The position numbers were made by a program, and so were the translations under genes. Below, piece by piece: positions 1 to 12,869 of a DNA stretch of 64,000 nucleotides (its first letter is position 1; every line of letters begins with the position of its first letter). Source of the DNA: Felis catus (taxonomy: Eukaryota); NCBI RefSeq assembly GCF_018350175.1, contig NC_058368.1:173788001-173852000 (forward strand), read 5' to 3'. The notes under the pieces were generated by a model. The model ran no database searches. It was not told the DNA's origin and saw nothing but the letters and a program-made list of their open reading frames with translations.

Positions 1-1760
1 ACACACACACATATACACATATATATTTAAATATATATATATGGCCATGGGGTCCTGTTATTATTCCCACGAAATAACAAACAAGAAGATTGTACATACC
101 TGTGCTATTGTGACAATTCTTCTGAAGTTTACCTCACGTTGTTCAACTTAGGCAAACAACAAACAGGTAAAGACAATCAGAACTAGAATTTAACATTCAT
201 AAAGATGCATTATTGAAACATAATTTTTGTAATAATCCTCATTTCCAGAGATTGCCAAATCAAGACTAATTTGCTTGTAAAACAAGTCCAGTTTTAATAA
301 ACTTGACCTAATTAATTACATAAGCTCAGCAAGAACAGCGACTGATCATATAAATCCTTTATAATTTGCTCTGCTAGAACTTTTTGTAAGGAATCTCTAG
401 GTTGAACTTTTAGGCCTCTCCAAGCCAGAAGCCAGCCATATACTTGCCATCAGACGTGCCTGCAATACTTAAAGAGTTGGGCAAGTTCCTCTTCTAGAGG
501 TCCCCAAGATATCCTGAGGTTCCTGCACCTGCCAGGAAGTGACATTCTTTACTCACCTGATAAGGCTGTTGGGAACTCTGTAAACAAGGCATCAGGCCAG
601 CATTTCCAACGGGCTTTGTTGGCTTCATGCTTTATAAAGTCAACCTTAGTTCCTTAAAGCTGTTTGGTTATTTCTGAGTCTATGCATGATTCTCAAATAT
701 GACCTTCCAGTCAAAGCCTAGTAAAATAACCAATGGTGTCCTGTTACAAAGAGAACAGATTCTTATATAATTCATGCAAATAACTGTAATTGCCATGAAA
801 AAGAACACTTACTGGGAGTCTGAATTTCAGAGGGTTCAGGTAGAGAGAAAGGTTAAAAGCTTCAGTTTGTTTCCCAATGAATACCTTATCCTATTTTTGT
901 ATATCATGGATGTCTTAAGAGAAAGTTTCCTTAATCGGGAAGAGCAAACAGAGAACCAGCAATTGTTTAAAACAAGAGTCATAAAAACTGTAATTTTCCT
1001 CAGTTTATTTTGTACCATGTTCCTAATTTTTGTTCAGTTTGAATGATGTCTTTTGGTTCTGGAAATTCTTACCCATTTTAGTATTAATGTTAAAGATTTC
1101 AGATACCTGTATTTGTTCTAAAAGTCCTTTTTATAAATCTTGAAGATAAAAGACGTTTTGTAAGAGCATCAGAACAATAACTATAAGTGACAAAAGACTA
1201 AAAAGTGGACATGGTTAACAGTCTGATGAGAGTTCATTTTGATGCAGTTGACAAGGAAATTTGGTTTTTTCTGTGACACATAACACTTTGATAATCAGAA
1301 TATCAAGTGTCAACCTTATCACCAAAACATATTAAAATTTTAGGAATTGCGTATATATTTGAAGAGTTATAGCATTTACCCAAGCAATAAAACCTAAACT
1401 TAACCATTATTTGTTTGACAGTGTTTGCATAGTAACTTAACATAACAAAAAGGCCTAACTGGTCAAAAAGACTTCATTTACAATTTAAATCTTGGAAGTT
1501 TGTTAAAACCTTAGAAAGTTATAAAGCACATCCTAAATAGGATTATAGATCATTACAAATCTTAAAAACTTTAAATTTTATTTATTTAACCAAGATGGCA
1601 ATAAGAGATTTCAAAAACAAACATGTAGGTTTATGTAGTTGTTAGCAAAACTTAGGTCCTTTAACATTGAGAAGTTTTAACTTTAAGTTGTCAAAGACCT
1701 GATAAAGACAAAACATAAGCTTTCATTTTCTCAGCAGACGAAAGAGAAAAAACCGTTTGC

Positions 1761-1866
1761 ATATATATATTTACTATATGTATTATATATTATATATAAT
1801 ATAGAATTATAGATTTATTTATATATCATATAAATATATATTATATATAAAATTTAATATATATAC
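1761..1866. repeat. AT-rich low-complexity (TA)n-like tract
   Basis: Almost pure A/T degenerate TA repeats. Confidence 0.85.
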
Positions 1867-1978
1867 TTATCAAGAGCAGAACAATCCAAGAAAACTTTGT
1901 CTTTTGAATAGAGAAAAGCAGAATTTTAACCTTATACCAGTGTAATTTAAAAAAACATTTTTTAATGTTTATTTATTT

Positions 1979-2369
1979 ATTTATTTATTTTATATATATA
2001 TGAAATTTATTGACAAATTGGTTTCCATACAACACCCAGTGCTCATCCCAAAAGGTGCCCTCCTCAATACCCATCCCCCACCCTCTCCTCCCTCCCACCC
2101 CCCATCAACCCTCAGTTTGTTCTCAGTTTTTAACAGTCTCTTATGCTTTGGCTCTCTCCCACTCTAACCTCTTTTTTTTTTTTTTTTTTTTTCCTTCCCC
2201 TTCCCCATGGGTTCCTGTTAAGTTTCTCAGGATCCACATAAGAGTGAAACCATATGGTATCTGTCTTTCTCTGTATGGCTTATTTCACTTAGCATCACAC
2301 TCTCCAGTTCCATCCACGTTGCTACAAAAGGCCATATTTCATTTTTTCTCATTGCCACGTAGTATTCCA
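1979..2369 (-). mobile_element. 5'-truncated carnivore/felid L1 3' end inserted in a SINE tail
   Basis: Typical L1 3'UTR reverse complement (aacacccagtgctcatccca...ttatttcacttagcatcacactctccagttccatccac); TSD taatgtttatttattt at 1963-1978 and 2370-2385. Confidence 0.85.
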
Positions 2370-2572
2370 TAATGTTTATTTATTTTTGAGAGAGAGAGAG
2401 ACAGAGTGTGAGTGGGGGAGGAGCAGAGAGAGAGGGAGACACAGAGTTGGAAGCAGGCTCCAAGCTCTGAGCTGTCAGCACAGGGCCTGATGCTGGGCTC
2501 AAACCCACAAACTGTGAGATCGTGACCTGAGCCAAAGTCAGATGCTTAACCAACTGAGCCACCCAGGCACCT
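2370..2572 (-). mobile_element. CAN-SINE (SINEC)
   Basis: Reverse tRNA-derived head (ctgagccacccaggcacc), (GA)n linker, TSD-like ataccagtgta at ~1935 and ~2576. Confidence 0.9.
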
Positions 2573-4165
2573 CAATACCAGTGTACTTTTAAAATCCATT
2601 AATTTCACTTAGTCCATTCTAACCACCTATAAAATTCCTTTCCAAAGATTTCCTTTCATGAACCTTCTACAACTTTCCTTTGCCTTCAAATTTTGTCCCA
2701 AGCCATTTCTCTTCAAACAACCAATGTCATTTAGAACAAAATTACTTTCTTTTACGTTCAACAAAATTATATTTCCATTTACTATATCTTATACATCTTC
2801 TACTTTTTTTTACATACAGAGTTGTTTCCCTTATTTCCATCAGTCTTAACTACATTTAGCAGAATTTTAACTCTTAGGAACCTTAGTCTCCAGTGAAAAC
2901 TAAGTAGTAACCAATTGTGAACTGTTAAAGCAGAATTTTTTTAGATGACAAATTTATGAACCAGTTAAGTGCAAAGCATGTTTACCAACAGACCCAAATA
3001 GCCTTAGTTTCTCTGCAATAAGAAGTCAAAAGCACAAATCTACATTGAATAATTAATATTTTAGCATTCCATTCTATTTGGAAAAGACCTATATGTCCAA
3101 TGAATTCAGTCCCACTTACCAGGCAAGCAAAACTTTTAAGTTTCAGATTACCAAAGACTTTGAAAGCTATCTTAACAATTACCCATGAAAACTTTGAGAC
3201 AGGCAAAATTAACCATTATTTTAAGTCATCTTTTCACTAACAAATTGGAACGGAGATAACGTGAGCTTTTGTGATCTTCAGCAAACCTAGATAGAATAAG
3301 TTCCATATTTAATGCTGATAACTGTAAAAACATGTCTATCTTAATTAAATCAACAAACTTAATTTAAATACCAAATATGTTCTACCTGTGTCCACTTAAA
3401 AGTCAATCAATTGTTCCCCATTGTCAGTTTTTACCTGGGAATCTGAAGTGGGCGGTCCAAGGGGGTGCTCTTCACTCTTTGACATTGATGATGGGAGTGG
3501 GAGCCAATGGTGCCAGAGACACCGAGGATGGTATAGAAGCCAGTTTTGTAGGCTGCATCCAAGGTGGTGCAGAAACAGGAGTGGGAGGGGAAGGCAGAAG
3601 AGGCAAGGTGCCAGCAGAAGGCAGAGAAGGAGGATTCCCGGTTTTAAACATTGTCAGCTGGGACAGAGGAACAGACGCCAGATTTTTGTGTTGTTTTGTT
3701 TTGCTTTGTTTTCTACCAACTAGTGGAATTAGGCTGTCCATGTCAGGCTAGAAAAGACAGGGAATTTCCTGAAACAAATGGAATTTTAATAGCTGTTTGG
3801 GAATATTCCTTAAAGTTCCCATCCTGACTAACCACAGTTGGCTCCAATTATCATAGCCATTAACCTAGGAAATGAATGAGGGAGAAACCCTCACATGAAT
3901 TAGAAGAAGGAACAGTAAGAGAGGGTCAGTGTCCCCTTCGTTAGGGATGGCTTGTGTTTCCTCCAGCGACTGTGTTCTATCAGAAGGAAGTCTGTTTAGA
4001 CAATTATCATCCAATATATGTCTGGGGGAGTTTACTAACCAAATACATTTGGGCAAAAACATTCTACAAGAGGCCCTTAGGTCCAGAGCCTCAAAGGCCT
4101 GGACCTAGGGTAGCTTGTGCTTTGCCCTCAGCTTGCCTTATGGTCTTTTATCAGAGTTTCTCTCC

Positions 4166-4377
4166 TTTTTTTCTTAATGTTTATTTATTTATTTTGAGAG
4201 AAAGATAGAGAGTGAGCAGGGGAGGGGCAGAGAGAGAGAGGGAGACAGAGAATCCCAACCAGGCTTTGCTGTCAGCACGGAGGCTGATGTGGGGCTCAAA
4301 CTCACGAACCATGAGATCATGACTTGAACCAAAATTAAGAGTAGGATGCCTAACAGACTGAGCCATCCAGGTGCCCC
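4166..4377 (-). mobile_element. CAN-SINE
   Basis: SINE consensus; TSD cagagtttctctcctttt at ~4152 and ~4377. Confidence 0.9.
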
Positions 4378-4460
4378 AGAGTTTCTCTCCTTTTAACTAA
4401 ATGAATTCTGACTAAAGCACTTTACATTTGGGTTTTTCCCAATTCTTGCAAAAATTTTCA

Positions 4461-4710
4461 GGGGCGCCTGGGTGGCTCAGTCGGTTGAGCGTCCGACTTC
4501 GCTCAGGTCACGATCTCACGGTCCGTGAGTTTGAGCCCCACATCAGGCTCTGTGCTGACAGCTCAGAGCCTGGAGCCTGCTTCAGATTCTGTGTCTCCCT
4601 CTCTCTCTGGCCCTCCCCCCCCCCCCCCCCCCCCCCGTTCATGCTCTGTCTCTCTCTGTCTCAAAAATAAATAAATGTTAAAAAAATATTAAAAAAAATA
4701 TTAAAAAAAA
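4461..4710 (+). mobile_element. CAN-SINE (SINEC_Fc-like) with expanded C22 run
   Basis: ggggcgcctgggtggctcagtcggttgagcgtccgactt head; poly-C at 4615-4636; TSD aaaaattttca. Confidence 0.92.
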
Positions 4711-4714
4711 TTTT

Positions 4715-5484
4715 CAAATCTGCAGAAGAAAATTTAAGCATAGCTTAATGAACACTTGTAAATCCTTCATCTAGAGTCACCAGCTGTTAACATTTTGCTT
4801 TATTGTTTTATCTGTTTATCTCTCTCTTTGTGTATATTCAGACAGATACACACGCACAAATACACACAAATTCTTTGAGATTTAGTTGCAGACATCATGG
4901 CATTTTAGTCCCAAATACATCAGAAGCTTCCTAACAAGACCAGGCTCCTACAAAACCACAGGACAAATATAACACACAGGAATTTTAATGTCGATGTAGT
5001 ATGATTGTCTAATATGCAGTCAATATTTGAATTTCCTCAATGCTGACCTTTATAGCTGTTTTTTAAATGGGAAAGTTATGATTCAGTCAAATATTGTGTT
5101 GTATTTAAACATTTTTTAAATTTTATTTTTTATTTTTTTAAATTTACATCCAAATTAGCATATAGTGAAACAATGATTTCAGGAGTAGATTCCTTAATGC
5201 CCCTTACCCATTTAGCCAATCCCCCTCCCACAACCCCTCCAGCAACCCTCAGTTTGTTCTCCATATTTATGAGTCTCTTGTGTTTTGTTCCCCTCCCTGT
5301 TTTTATATTATTTTTGTTTCCCTTCCCTTATGTTCATCTGTTTTGTCTCTTTCACTCATATGAGTGAAGTCATATGATTTTTGTCTTTCTCTGACTAATT
5401 TTACTTAGCATAACACCCTCCAGTTCCATCCATGTAGTTGCAAATGGCAAGATTTCATTCTTTTTGATTGCCGACTAATACTCC

Positions 5485-5534
<50 letters not shown>

Positions 5535-6420
5535 CACACACCACATCTTCTTTATCCATTCATCCATCGATGGACATTTGGTCTCCTTTCATACTTTGGC
5601 TATTGTTGACAGTGCTGCTATAAACATGGGGGTGCATGTGTCCCTTTGAAACAGCACATCTGTATCCCATGGATAAATGCCTAGCAGTGCAATTGCTGGG
5701 TCGTAGGTAGTTCTATTTTTAGTTTTTTGAGGAACCTCCATACTGTTTTCAGAGTGGCTGCACCAGCTTGCATTCCCATACCTAAACTTTTTTTTAAGTT
5801 TATTTATTTATTTTGAGAGAGAGCACAAGTGGGGGAGAGGCAGTAAGGGGGAGAGAGAGAGAATCCCAAGCAGGCTCTACATGGTCAGCACAGAGCTCAA
5901 CATGGGGCTTGAACCCATGAACCGTGAGATCATGACCTGAACCAAAATCAAGAGTTGGATGCTCAACCAACTGAGCCACCCAGGTGCCCCTGTCATGTGT
6001 TGTATTTAGTTGTTATGACTCTTTGGTGTACCCAAAACTAGAACAGTTGTAGTGTTTTTTGACATTTATGACATGATAGGAGGTCTTTTATGACATTGAC
6101 ATTTTGGAAGAGTCTGGGTCACTTGTGGGCAATCGCATAAGTTGGTTTGTCTGATTGTCTCCTCATGATTAGATTTGTGTTAGTTGTTTTTGGCAGGGAT
6201 GTTACTTGAGTGACATGTCCTAAGGACATCACACCAAGGACACATAGCTATCAGCTTATTTTAGTATTGATGATGCTCATGTGATCACTTGGTTAGAGGT
6301 GGTGTTCACTAGATTGCTCCATTTTTAAGATACCCTTTCCCCTTTCTAATTAATAAGTAGTCTATAAGGTAATACTTTGAGATTGCACGAATAGCCACTT
6401 TCACAAGTTAGCATCTGTTG
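4715..6420 (-). mobile_element. Old L1M (L1MC/ME-like) 3' relic interrupted by a younger L1 (5120-5780) and a SINE (5785-5990)
   Basis: L1MC-type 3' motifs; carnivore L1 3'UTR with (TG)n; SINE TSD tgtgttgtattta at 5095-5107 and 5996-6008. Confidence 0.7.
5487..5531. repeat. (TG)~22 microsatellite
   Basis: Perfect dinucleotide run within L1. Confidence 0.95.
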
Positions 6421-6451
6421 ATTATTCTTGCTTGGATTATGTTTGGATTCA

Positions 6452-6683
6452 TTTTTTTTTTTTTTAGGTTTGTTTGTTTGTTTGTTTGTTTGTTTGTTTT
6501 TGAGAGGGATAGAGAGCAAGCAGGATAGGGCCAGAGAGAGAGACAGAGAGAGACAGAGACACAGAACCCCAAGTGGGCTTTGCACTGTAGTGCAAAGGGG
6601 CTTGAACTCACCAACCATGAGATCATGATCTGAGCTGAAATCAAGAGTTGGACCCCTAGCCGACTGAGCCACCCAGGTGCTCC
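6452..6683 (-). mobile_element. CAN-SINE with (TTTG)n tail
   Basis: SINE consensus on the reverse strand. Confidence 0.88.
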
Positions 6684-7038
6684 ATCTTTGGCTTCTTAAC
6701 ATTATATTCAGTTTGGGGAACTGCTTCTGTGGTCTCATTAGGATCATATGAATTTTGTAAAGTTCCTGGGAATAGGTGAATACCCAGGAGGTTCCCTCCT
6801 CTCCTCACTCCCACTTACTACTTCTAGGGGCCCCTTCTGTCCTCAGATCCTAGTTAGGAACCATTGTTATATGCAAAGAAAACTGGTCTTGGCTTCAGCA
6901 AGACCTTAAAAGGACACAGCATATTGGAAAGATCTGGGCTCAGATTCTGGACCCACTGCTTATTAGGTCTATGACCTTTATCAGTTTACATAACCTCCCT
7001 GAACCTGTTTCTTCAACTGTAAAATGGAGGATGATGAT

Positions 7039-7680
7039 TGTGGCAGACACGGTTGGTGGCCTACCTAACAGCCATTCTTCTGTTTTTCTTGCTAACAGAA
7101 TCCCAATTTTATTTATTTGGCATGTGCCAAGCCCCAGGAGGAGTCACAATTTAAAACAAAGCTAGGGGCACCTGGCTGGCTCAGTTGGAAGAGCAGGCGA
7201 CTTTTGATCTTGGGGTCATGAGTTGGAGCCCTACATGAGGTGTAGAGATTACTTAAATAAATAAAACTGGAAAAAAAAAAAAAAGCTAAGCTAACTGAAG
7301 CCTTCCAATTCAGTGTTAGTTTAGGTTTAAGTGCCTGCCTCAGTTCTGGCCCAGGAGATGTAGGTAAACGATGACCAGTTTTCTGGGAAATAATTTTCTC
7401 CTTTCTTGTAGAAAGTGCTGTCATGGAAGGAAGGTATGCTTTGTGAGCTGGGGTGGCCAGCTCAAACATGAGGTGCAAGCCTGCAATGAAACTCAACTTG
7501 CTTGGGAGGGGCGGGGGGGGCAGAATGGGGGAAGAAAAGAGACTGGGTCCTTGATATCATGGAGCTTCCCAACCAATCCTGGGCATACTTTCCTCCATAC
7601 CCTCTGGTAAGTAAGCAGATATCCTTATGCCATTGTTGAGTTTTTCTCTTGCTTATAGTCCAGTGCATACTGACAGATAT
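7039..7680. mobile_element. Old MaLR/ERVL LTR (MLT1-like) interrupted by a short CAN-SINE at 7165-7284
   Basis: Begins tgtggcagac, ends with an MLT1-type terminus; the SINE head ggggcacctggctggctcagttgg is flanked by aaagcta. Confidence 0.55.
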
Positions 7681-7975
7681 AATGATCCTTATGATTGAGG
7701 TAGGGCATGTAAAAGTGTCTGTGTGCATGATGTAGGCACTCAAAGATGTTAAGTTCCTCTTATACTTTGACCCTTCATCCTATCCTTCTGTTGAACCCCA
7801 CTCCTGGGTGAACCCAATAAGCCCCTCTCTGTGCCTGCTTCCAAATTGCTAAACTGTGTTTCAGGAGACACACAATGAGGCAGATTGGCACAAACATTTA
7901 CTCTTGGTGACCACCCTCAACTGGGTCCTCCACACTTTCCAGGTAGTTTCTTCCACTCTCTGGAACAATAATTTT

Positions 7976-8140
<165 letters not shown>

Positions 8141-9632
8141 TTTCTTTTTCTTTTAAAGTTTATTTATTTTGAGAGAGAGAGAGAGAGAGTAGGAGGGGGG
8201 CAGAGAGAGGGAGAAAGATTCCTACACAGGATTCACACTGTCAGTGTGAAGCACCATGTGGGGCTTGAACTCATGAACTGTGAGATCATGCCCTGAGCTG
8301 AAGTCAGACACTTAACATACAGAGCCACCCAAGCACCCCTGAAACAGCAATTTAAAAACTTCATGCTTCTCTTTCTTTGCCCCATACCATGCCTCCCCCT
8401 TTCTGCTTGCAGAAGAGACAACCTCATCTTCTACTTCACAGACAACAAAAAAGCCATTAGAGTGGGGCTTGCCAATATTCCTGTGCCAAATCCCTTGAAA
8501 ACTTCCTCCTCTTCAGTGTTAGTCTCCTATATGTCACACGATCTGGCTCACCTCACCCCTCACAGTGACTTTTAGATCTTCTTTGGCCTTAGTCTGTCTT
8601 TAGAAGGCTTCACCATGTACCACACCAAACATATTCAGATGTACTCACTTCCTATATGAAATATATATTTTTGCTGTAAAAATCTTAAATACTTTTTTTG
8701 AGAATTTAATTACTTAGCTGCAGGTAACTTGTCTAATTTGTGATTGGCAATGCTTCCCCCTCCCCTCCCCTCCCCCCGCGTCCCCGCCTTAGGAGCACTA
8801 AGGTGCCACTTGGAATTTATTTTAAGGTAAGAAAAATCTAACTCCCAAATTGTTTTCAAATGTAATGCCATTTTTATGAACATTAAATATTGCCATAAAG
8901 GAAGTTGACATAATAATCTGTTGTGCCGTCATTTAACTGAACAATAAGTTTGATTAGGTATGGTTTAAAAACAATTTTGGAGGCAATAATTCTACATTTA
9001 GCACTCAAAGATTTTTGTGGGTCCCTGAAAAGCTCAGAGGCCCTAGGTAATTTGCAGAATGCCAGGTGCCCCTTCTTGCTTCTCAGGGCTTTTAAGCCCT
9101 CACTCAGTCACATCTTCCACACCTCCCTCTCTGCTTGATTCTTCCCAGCTGCATTTAAATGTACTGATTTCTGCCATCCTGATAAACCCTTCTGGCCTAA
9201 CAAAATCACACTAGGACCCACTGCAACTAACCTTTCTAACTGTCCTCTCCCTTCCTCACCAAAGGCTGACTTCAGAATTGTTTACACTATATCTACTTTG
9301 AGAGGGCCCCTTATCCTCTGGGCTTTCAGGGAAAAAACAGAACTCCCTACCTTGGCCTGTAAAGCCCAGCCTCATAGTCCCTACCCTCAGCTTTACCTTC
9401 TCTCAGTTCTTCAGACACAAGCTTTCTCTTACCTTTGAGTCTCTGCCCTTACTGTGGTGCCCCACTTGGAGTACCCTCTTCCACCCACTTCCTTGCTTCT
9501 AAACTTGTATCTCTGTGGGCAATCTCCCCTGACATTTCCGAGTCAGTCCTATTACATAGTACCTGGTGCTATTGCTCCAGGACGTTTGATTTGTAGTTAT
9601 TCATAACCATTCATTTATCGTCTGTTTCCTCA

Positions 9633-9986
9633 TGTTAGTTTGCTAGGGTTGCCATAAAAAGGACCATACACCGGGTGGTTTAAACAACAGAAATTTATTT
9701 TCTCACAGTTTTGGAGGCTAGAAGTCTAAGATCAAGATGGTGGCAGGCTTGGTGTCTTTTGAGTCCTCTCTCCTTGGCTTGCAGTTAATTGCCTTCTTAC
9801 TGTATCGTCACATGGCCTTTCCTCTACGTGTGTGCAACCCTGGGGTTTCTTCTACTTACAAGGACACCAGCCTTATTTTAACTAAGTTATCCTTTAAAGA
9901 CTTTACCTCCAAATACTGTTCTGGGTCACTGAGGTTTGGGACCTCAACATGTGACTTTTGGGAGGACACAATTCAGCCCATAACAG
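9633..9986. mobile_element. MaLR LTR (MLT1A-D-like)
   Basis: tgttagtttgctagggttgccata...aacaacagaaatttattttctcacagttttggaggctagaagtc...caattcagcccataaca. Confidence 0.85.
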
Positions 9987-10824
9987 TCGGACTGTGTCCT
10001 CCTCCCCAGTGTATCCCAAGCACTGAGCATCATATCTGACATTAAGTAAGACACAAGAACACATTTTCTATTTAATTAACTGCCCCAGACTGTGTGACAT
10101 TGGCCTGGTTCCTTCTGTTTCCTGTACCTTAGTTGCACCACGTGTAATATCAGGCTGGACAAACTGGTTTCTAAGGGGAGTCTGACTGTTGACCCAACAT
10201 CCTTTAATTAATCTCTTCAGTGAAATCTTTCCCCGCCACCACTAGAGGGAGATGCTACTTCTAGTTTTTTTTTCTCTGTAGGAATGTGCCTTTAACTCTC
10301 TTGCCCCAGGGATATTAAAAGTGGAGGAGCTGAGGCCAAGGACAACCTGCAGCCAAACTATCAGCGGGCATTCAAGCCTCGGGCTTGAATTTCAACTCTA
10401 CCATTTCCTGGCCGGCTGAGGTATCTTTGGCAAGGTCCCCTTGAGAGCGTTCATTTTCTCTGCTGCTGAGTGAGCAATGGAAATGCCTCATCTATGATGA
10501 TACGTGGGGCGGGCTTCCAGATAGAGCTCCCAGTCTAGAAACCCCAGAAATGCAAATGCTCCACTTGCTCCCATCTCAGTAAACAAGCTCCTGTCTGCTG
10601 ATAGGTGGTTGAGAATGTCGGCAAGTCTAAGGAGGAAGGCAGGTAAGCAGAATTTGGTCCTGCGCCCTGCCTCCTCCCCCATGAAGTAGGAATGTAGGAT
10701 GCTTTGGGGCATCCAGGGTAGATGCAAGAGAGGTCCTGGTCAATTGTAATTTTCGAAGGTCCAAATTTGTTAAAGTATGAAATGCCCAAGGAGGTGCAGA
10801 AAGGCAATTCAGAGACAAAAGCAC

Positions 10825-10825
<1 letters not shown>

Positions 10826-10867
<42 letters not shown>

Positions 10868-11035
10868 TTCATAACATTTATTTTAGAGTGTGTATGTGTG
10901 CATGTGTGTGTATGTGCTCTTGCACAAGCAGGAGAGGGGCAGAGAGAGGATCCCAGGGCTCGATATCATGAGATCATGACCTGAGCTGAAATCAAGGGTC
11001 GGATGCTTAACCAACTGAGCCACTCAGGTGCCCCC
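10826..11035 (-). mobile_element. CAN-SINE with internal deletion
   Basis: (TTTA)n tail, SINE head; TSD cagagacaaaagca at ~10810 and ~11035. Confidence 0.85.
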
Positions 11036-11519
11036 AGAGACAAAAGCATTTAGAAAATTAGTTTCATAGTAAGTGTATGTTGTAAACATACATAAAAAGG
11101 CAACCAGTTTCCCTGGTCAGTCACATACAGGGACCCCTGACTGTTGTCTGCCCCCAGACAAGAACCATACAGTCAGACCTCAAAGACAAACTTCTCAATG
11201 ATGCTGCCACTCTTGGGGAAATAAAGTGGCTGTGTATATAACTGGGAGCAAGCTTGGTTATGAACCAAAACCAGAGTCAGAAAAAAAGCACAAAGGAGGG
11301 GATGAAAGGGAACTTCTATTGCTACAAGAAATCCACGCCAGGAGCTGCAAAAGAAGGCCTGAGCTCAAACAGCTTAAAAGGCCCTTCTTGGGCCTGATGG
11401 ATTCAGTTTTGATTGACTGACTCCTCCTTAGCAATGCAACCATACCCTTTAGAAAAGTAGTTTACTTGCAAATAAGGCTGCTAAGAGACACCAGGCTTTG
11501 AAATAATTATATTTTATTT

Positions 11520-11777
11520 CCCCATGAAGTAGGGATGTAGGATGTTTTGGGGCATCCAGTGTGGATGCAAGAGAGGTCCTGGTCAATTCTAATTTTCGAA
11601 GCTCCAAATTTGTTAAAGTATGAAATGCCCAAGGAGGTGCAAAAAGGCAATTCAGAGACAAAAGCACTTATTTATTTATTTAATTTATTTATAACATTTA
11701 TTTTAGAGAGAGAGTGTGTGTGTGTGCACATGTGTGCATGTGCTCTTGCACAAGGAGGAAAGGGGCAGAGAGAGAGG
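11520..11777 (+). repeat. Direct duplicate of 10677-10949 (unique flank plus partial SINE)
   Basis: Aligned by eye: about 7 mismatches over the ~150 bp non-SINE part; the ORF track shows twin peptides MLLSLNCL.APPWAFHTLTNL. Confidence 0.95.
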
Positions 11778-12869
11778 TATAAAAAAATACAACACCCATT
11801 TAAAGGGGAAAACTCCTTAAGATCATAAAGGTTGAAAGTTTACAGTCTGGTTTTTTGTGGGAAACAGCAATCTTCTTACATGATATCAACATAATGCCAT
11901 AGGTTCAGAAATTTGTACCATTAAAGGTCAGGGATAAAGTTGTATTAGAACATCAGGAAAGACTCTAGTTTTAATTTATTTGATGATAAGAACAAACCGA
12001 TCATTATCACTTATAGAAGGGTGCAAAGTCCTGTTTCTCCCATTTTGACTGAAATGTTCTGTGCGGCCTATCCTCTTAACGGAGGAGGGCAACGTGTCAG
12101 CTTTGCTTCTGCAGAATGAAAAAGATTACAGCATATTTTAAAAGTTCCAAATTAACAAATTAACACTTTTAACACACAAACCACAGTGCAAGGTAATTGT
12201 GCTATTCATAAGCTAATTATAGAATTTATAAAAGACCTGAATTCATTCACAGGTTTGGTAATGGCACTCACGTTTAAAGTCGCGGGAGCAAAGCCTCTCA
12301 GGCCTACTAGTAGGCCCAGCAAACGTCAAATGCAGAAATCTAAATGTGAGACCCACCCCCAACCCTCAGAGCCCTCCTGAGAAGAGCCTTGATGGCAAGC
12401 TTTGGACGTGGGGTAGAAACAGAGGTAGATTTTTTCCCCCATCTTCTTTTACTTCCTCAACTTTGTTGTTCTGTCAGATTTGTAAACACTATTAGGGGAA
12501 AAAAAGGTCTTCCTTTAGGATGTGAAATTTGAGCTGGCACTTCTCCAAGTATCACTTTCCTTAGTGTAAAAGGGACATGATATTAGGACCGTCTTATGGA
12601 GGGGAGAGCAGGTGCGGATAGCTCTTCTCGGTTGTGCTGTTAGTATGAAGCCTGCATAACCTATCTATTCCTGGAAGAGGGTTCCGGCTCAGGCTCACTT
12701 CCTTAAGTGACTTCTCATCTCTCTGGGCCTCAAAATCACCTCCCTGAAACGGGTTTCAGGGTTTCACTTTGCAATGGCACCTCCATCTTTCTCAGCCTGT
12801 CATAGACCAAAGCACAGAATGGTGGTAAAGGGTGGCTTTTCCTTTGGGAACTGGCTAGTTTCACACCTG

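Larger units (their letters stand above)
60..4426 (-). mobile_element. Degenerate ERV1-class (probably non-autonomous) endogenous retrovirus: AT-rich internal region, protease relic, possible 5' LTR at ~3800-4426
   Basis: The minus strand at ~3360-3440 reads SQVKTDNGEQLIDF*VDTGRTYLVFK, resembling retroviral protease 'IDFLVDTGATYSVL'. It is preceded by a Pro-rich gag-like stretch (ORF 3472..3741) and followed by AT-rich non-coding sequence like MER4-group internals. Boundaries and the LTR are uncertain. Confidence 0.6.

Noticed and set aside
4461..4545. tRNA-like A/B boxes in many places
   Set aside because: These are tRNA-derived SINE heads followed by (CT)n and an A tail, not tRNA genes
10677..11777. 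Repeat pair as LTRs or a CRISPR-like array
   Set aside because: Only two copies, containing SINE sequence, with no TG...CA ends, PBS or spacers; the context is eukaryotic
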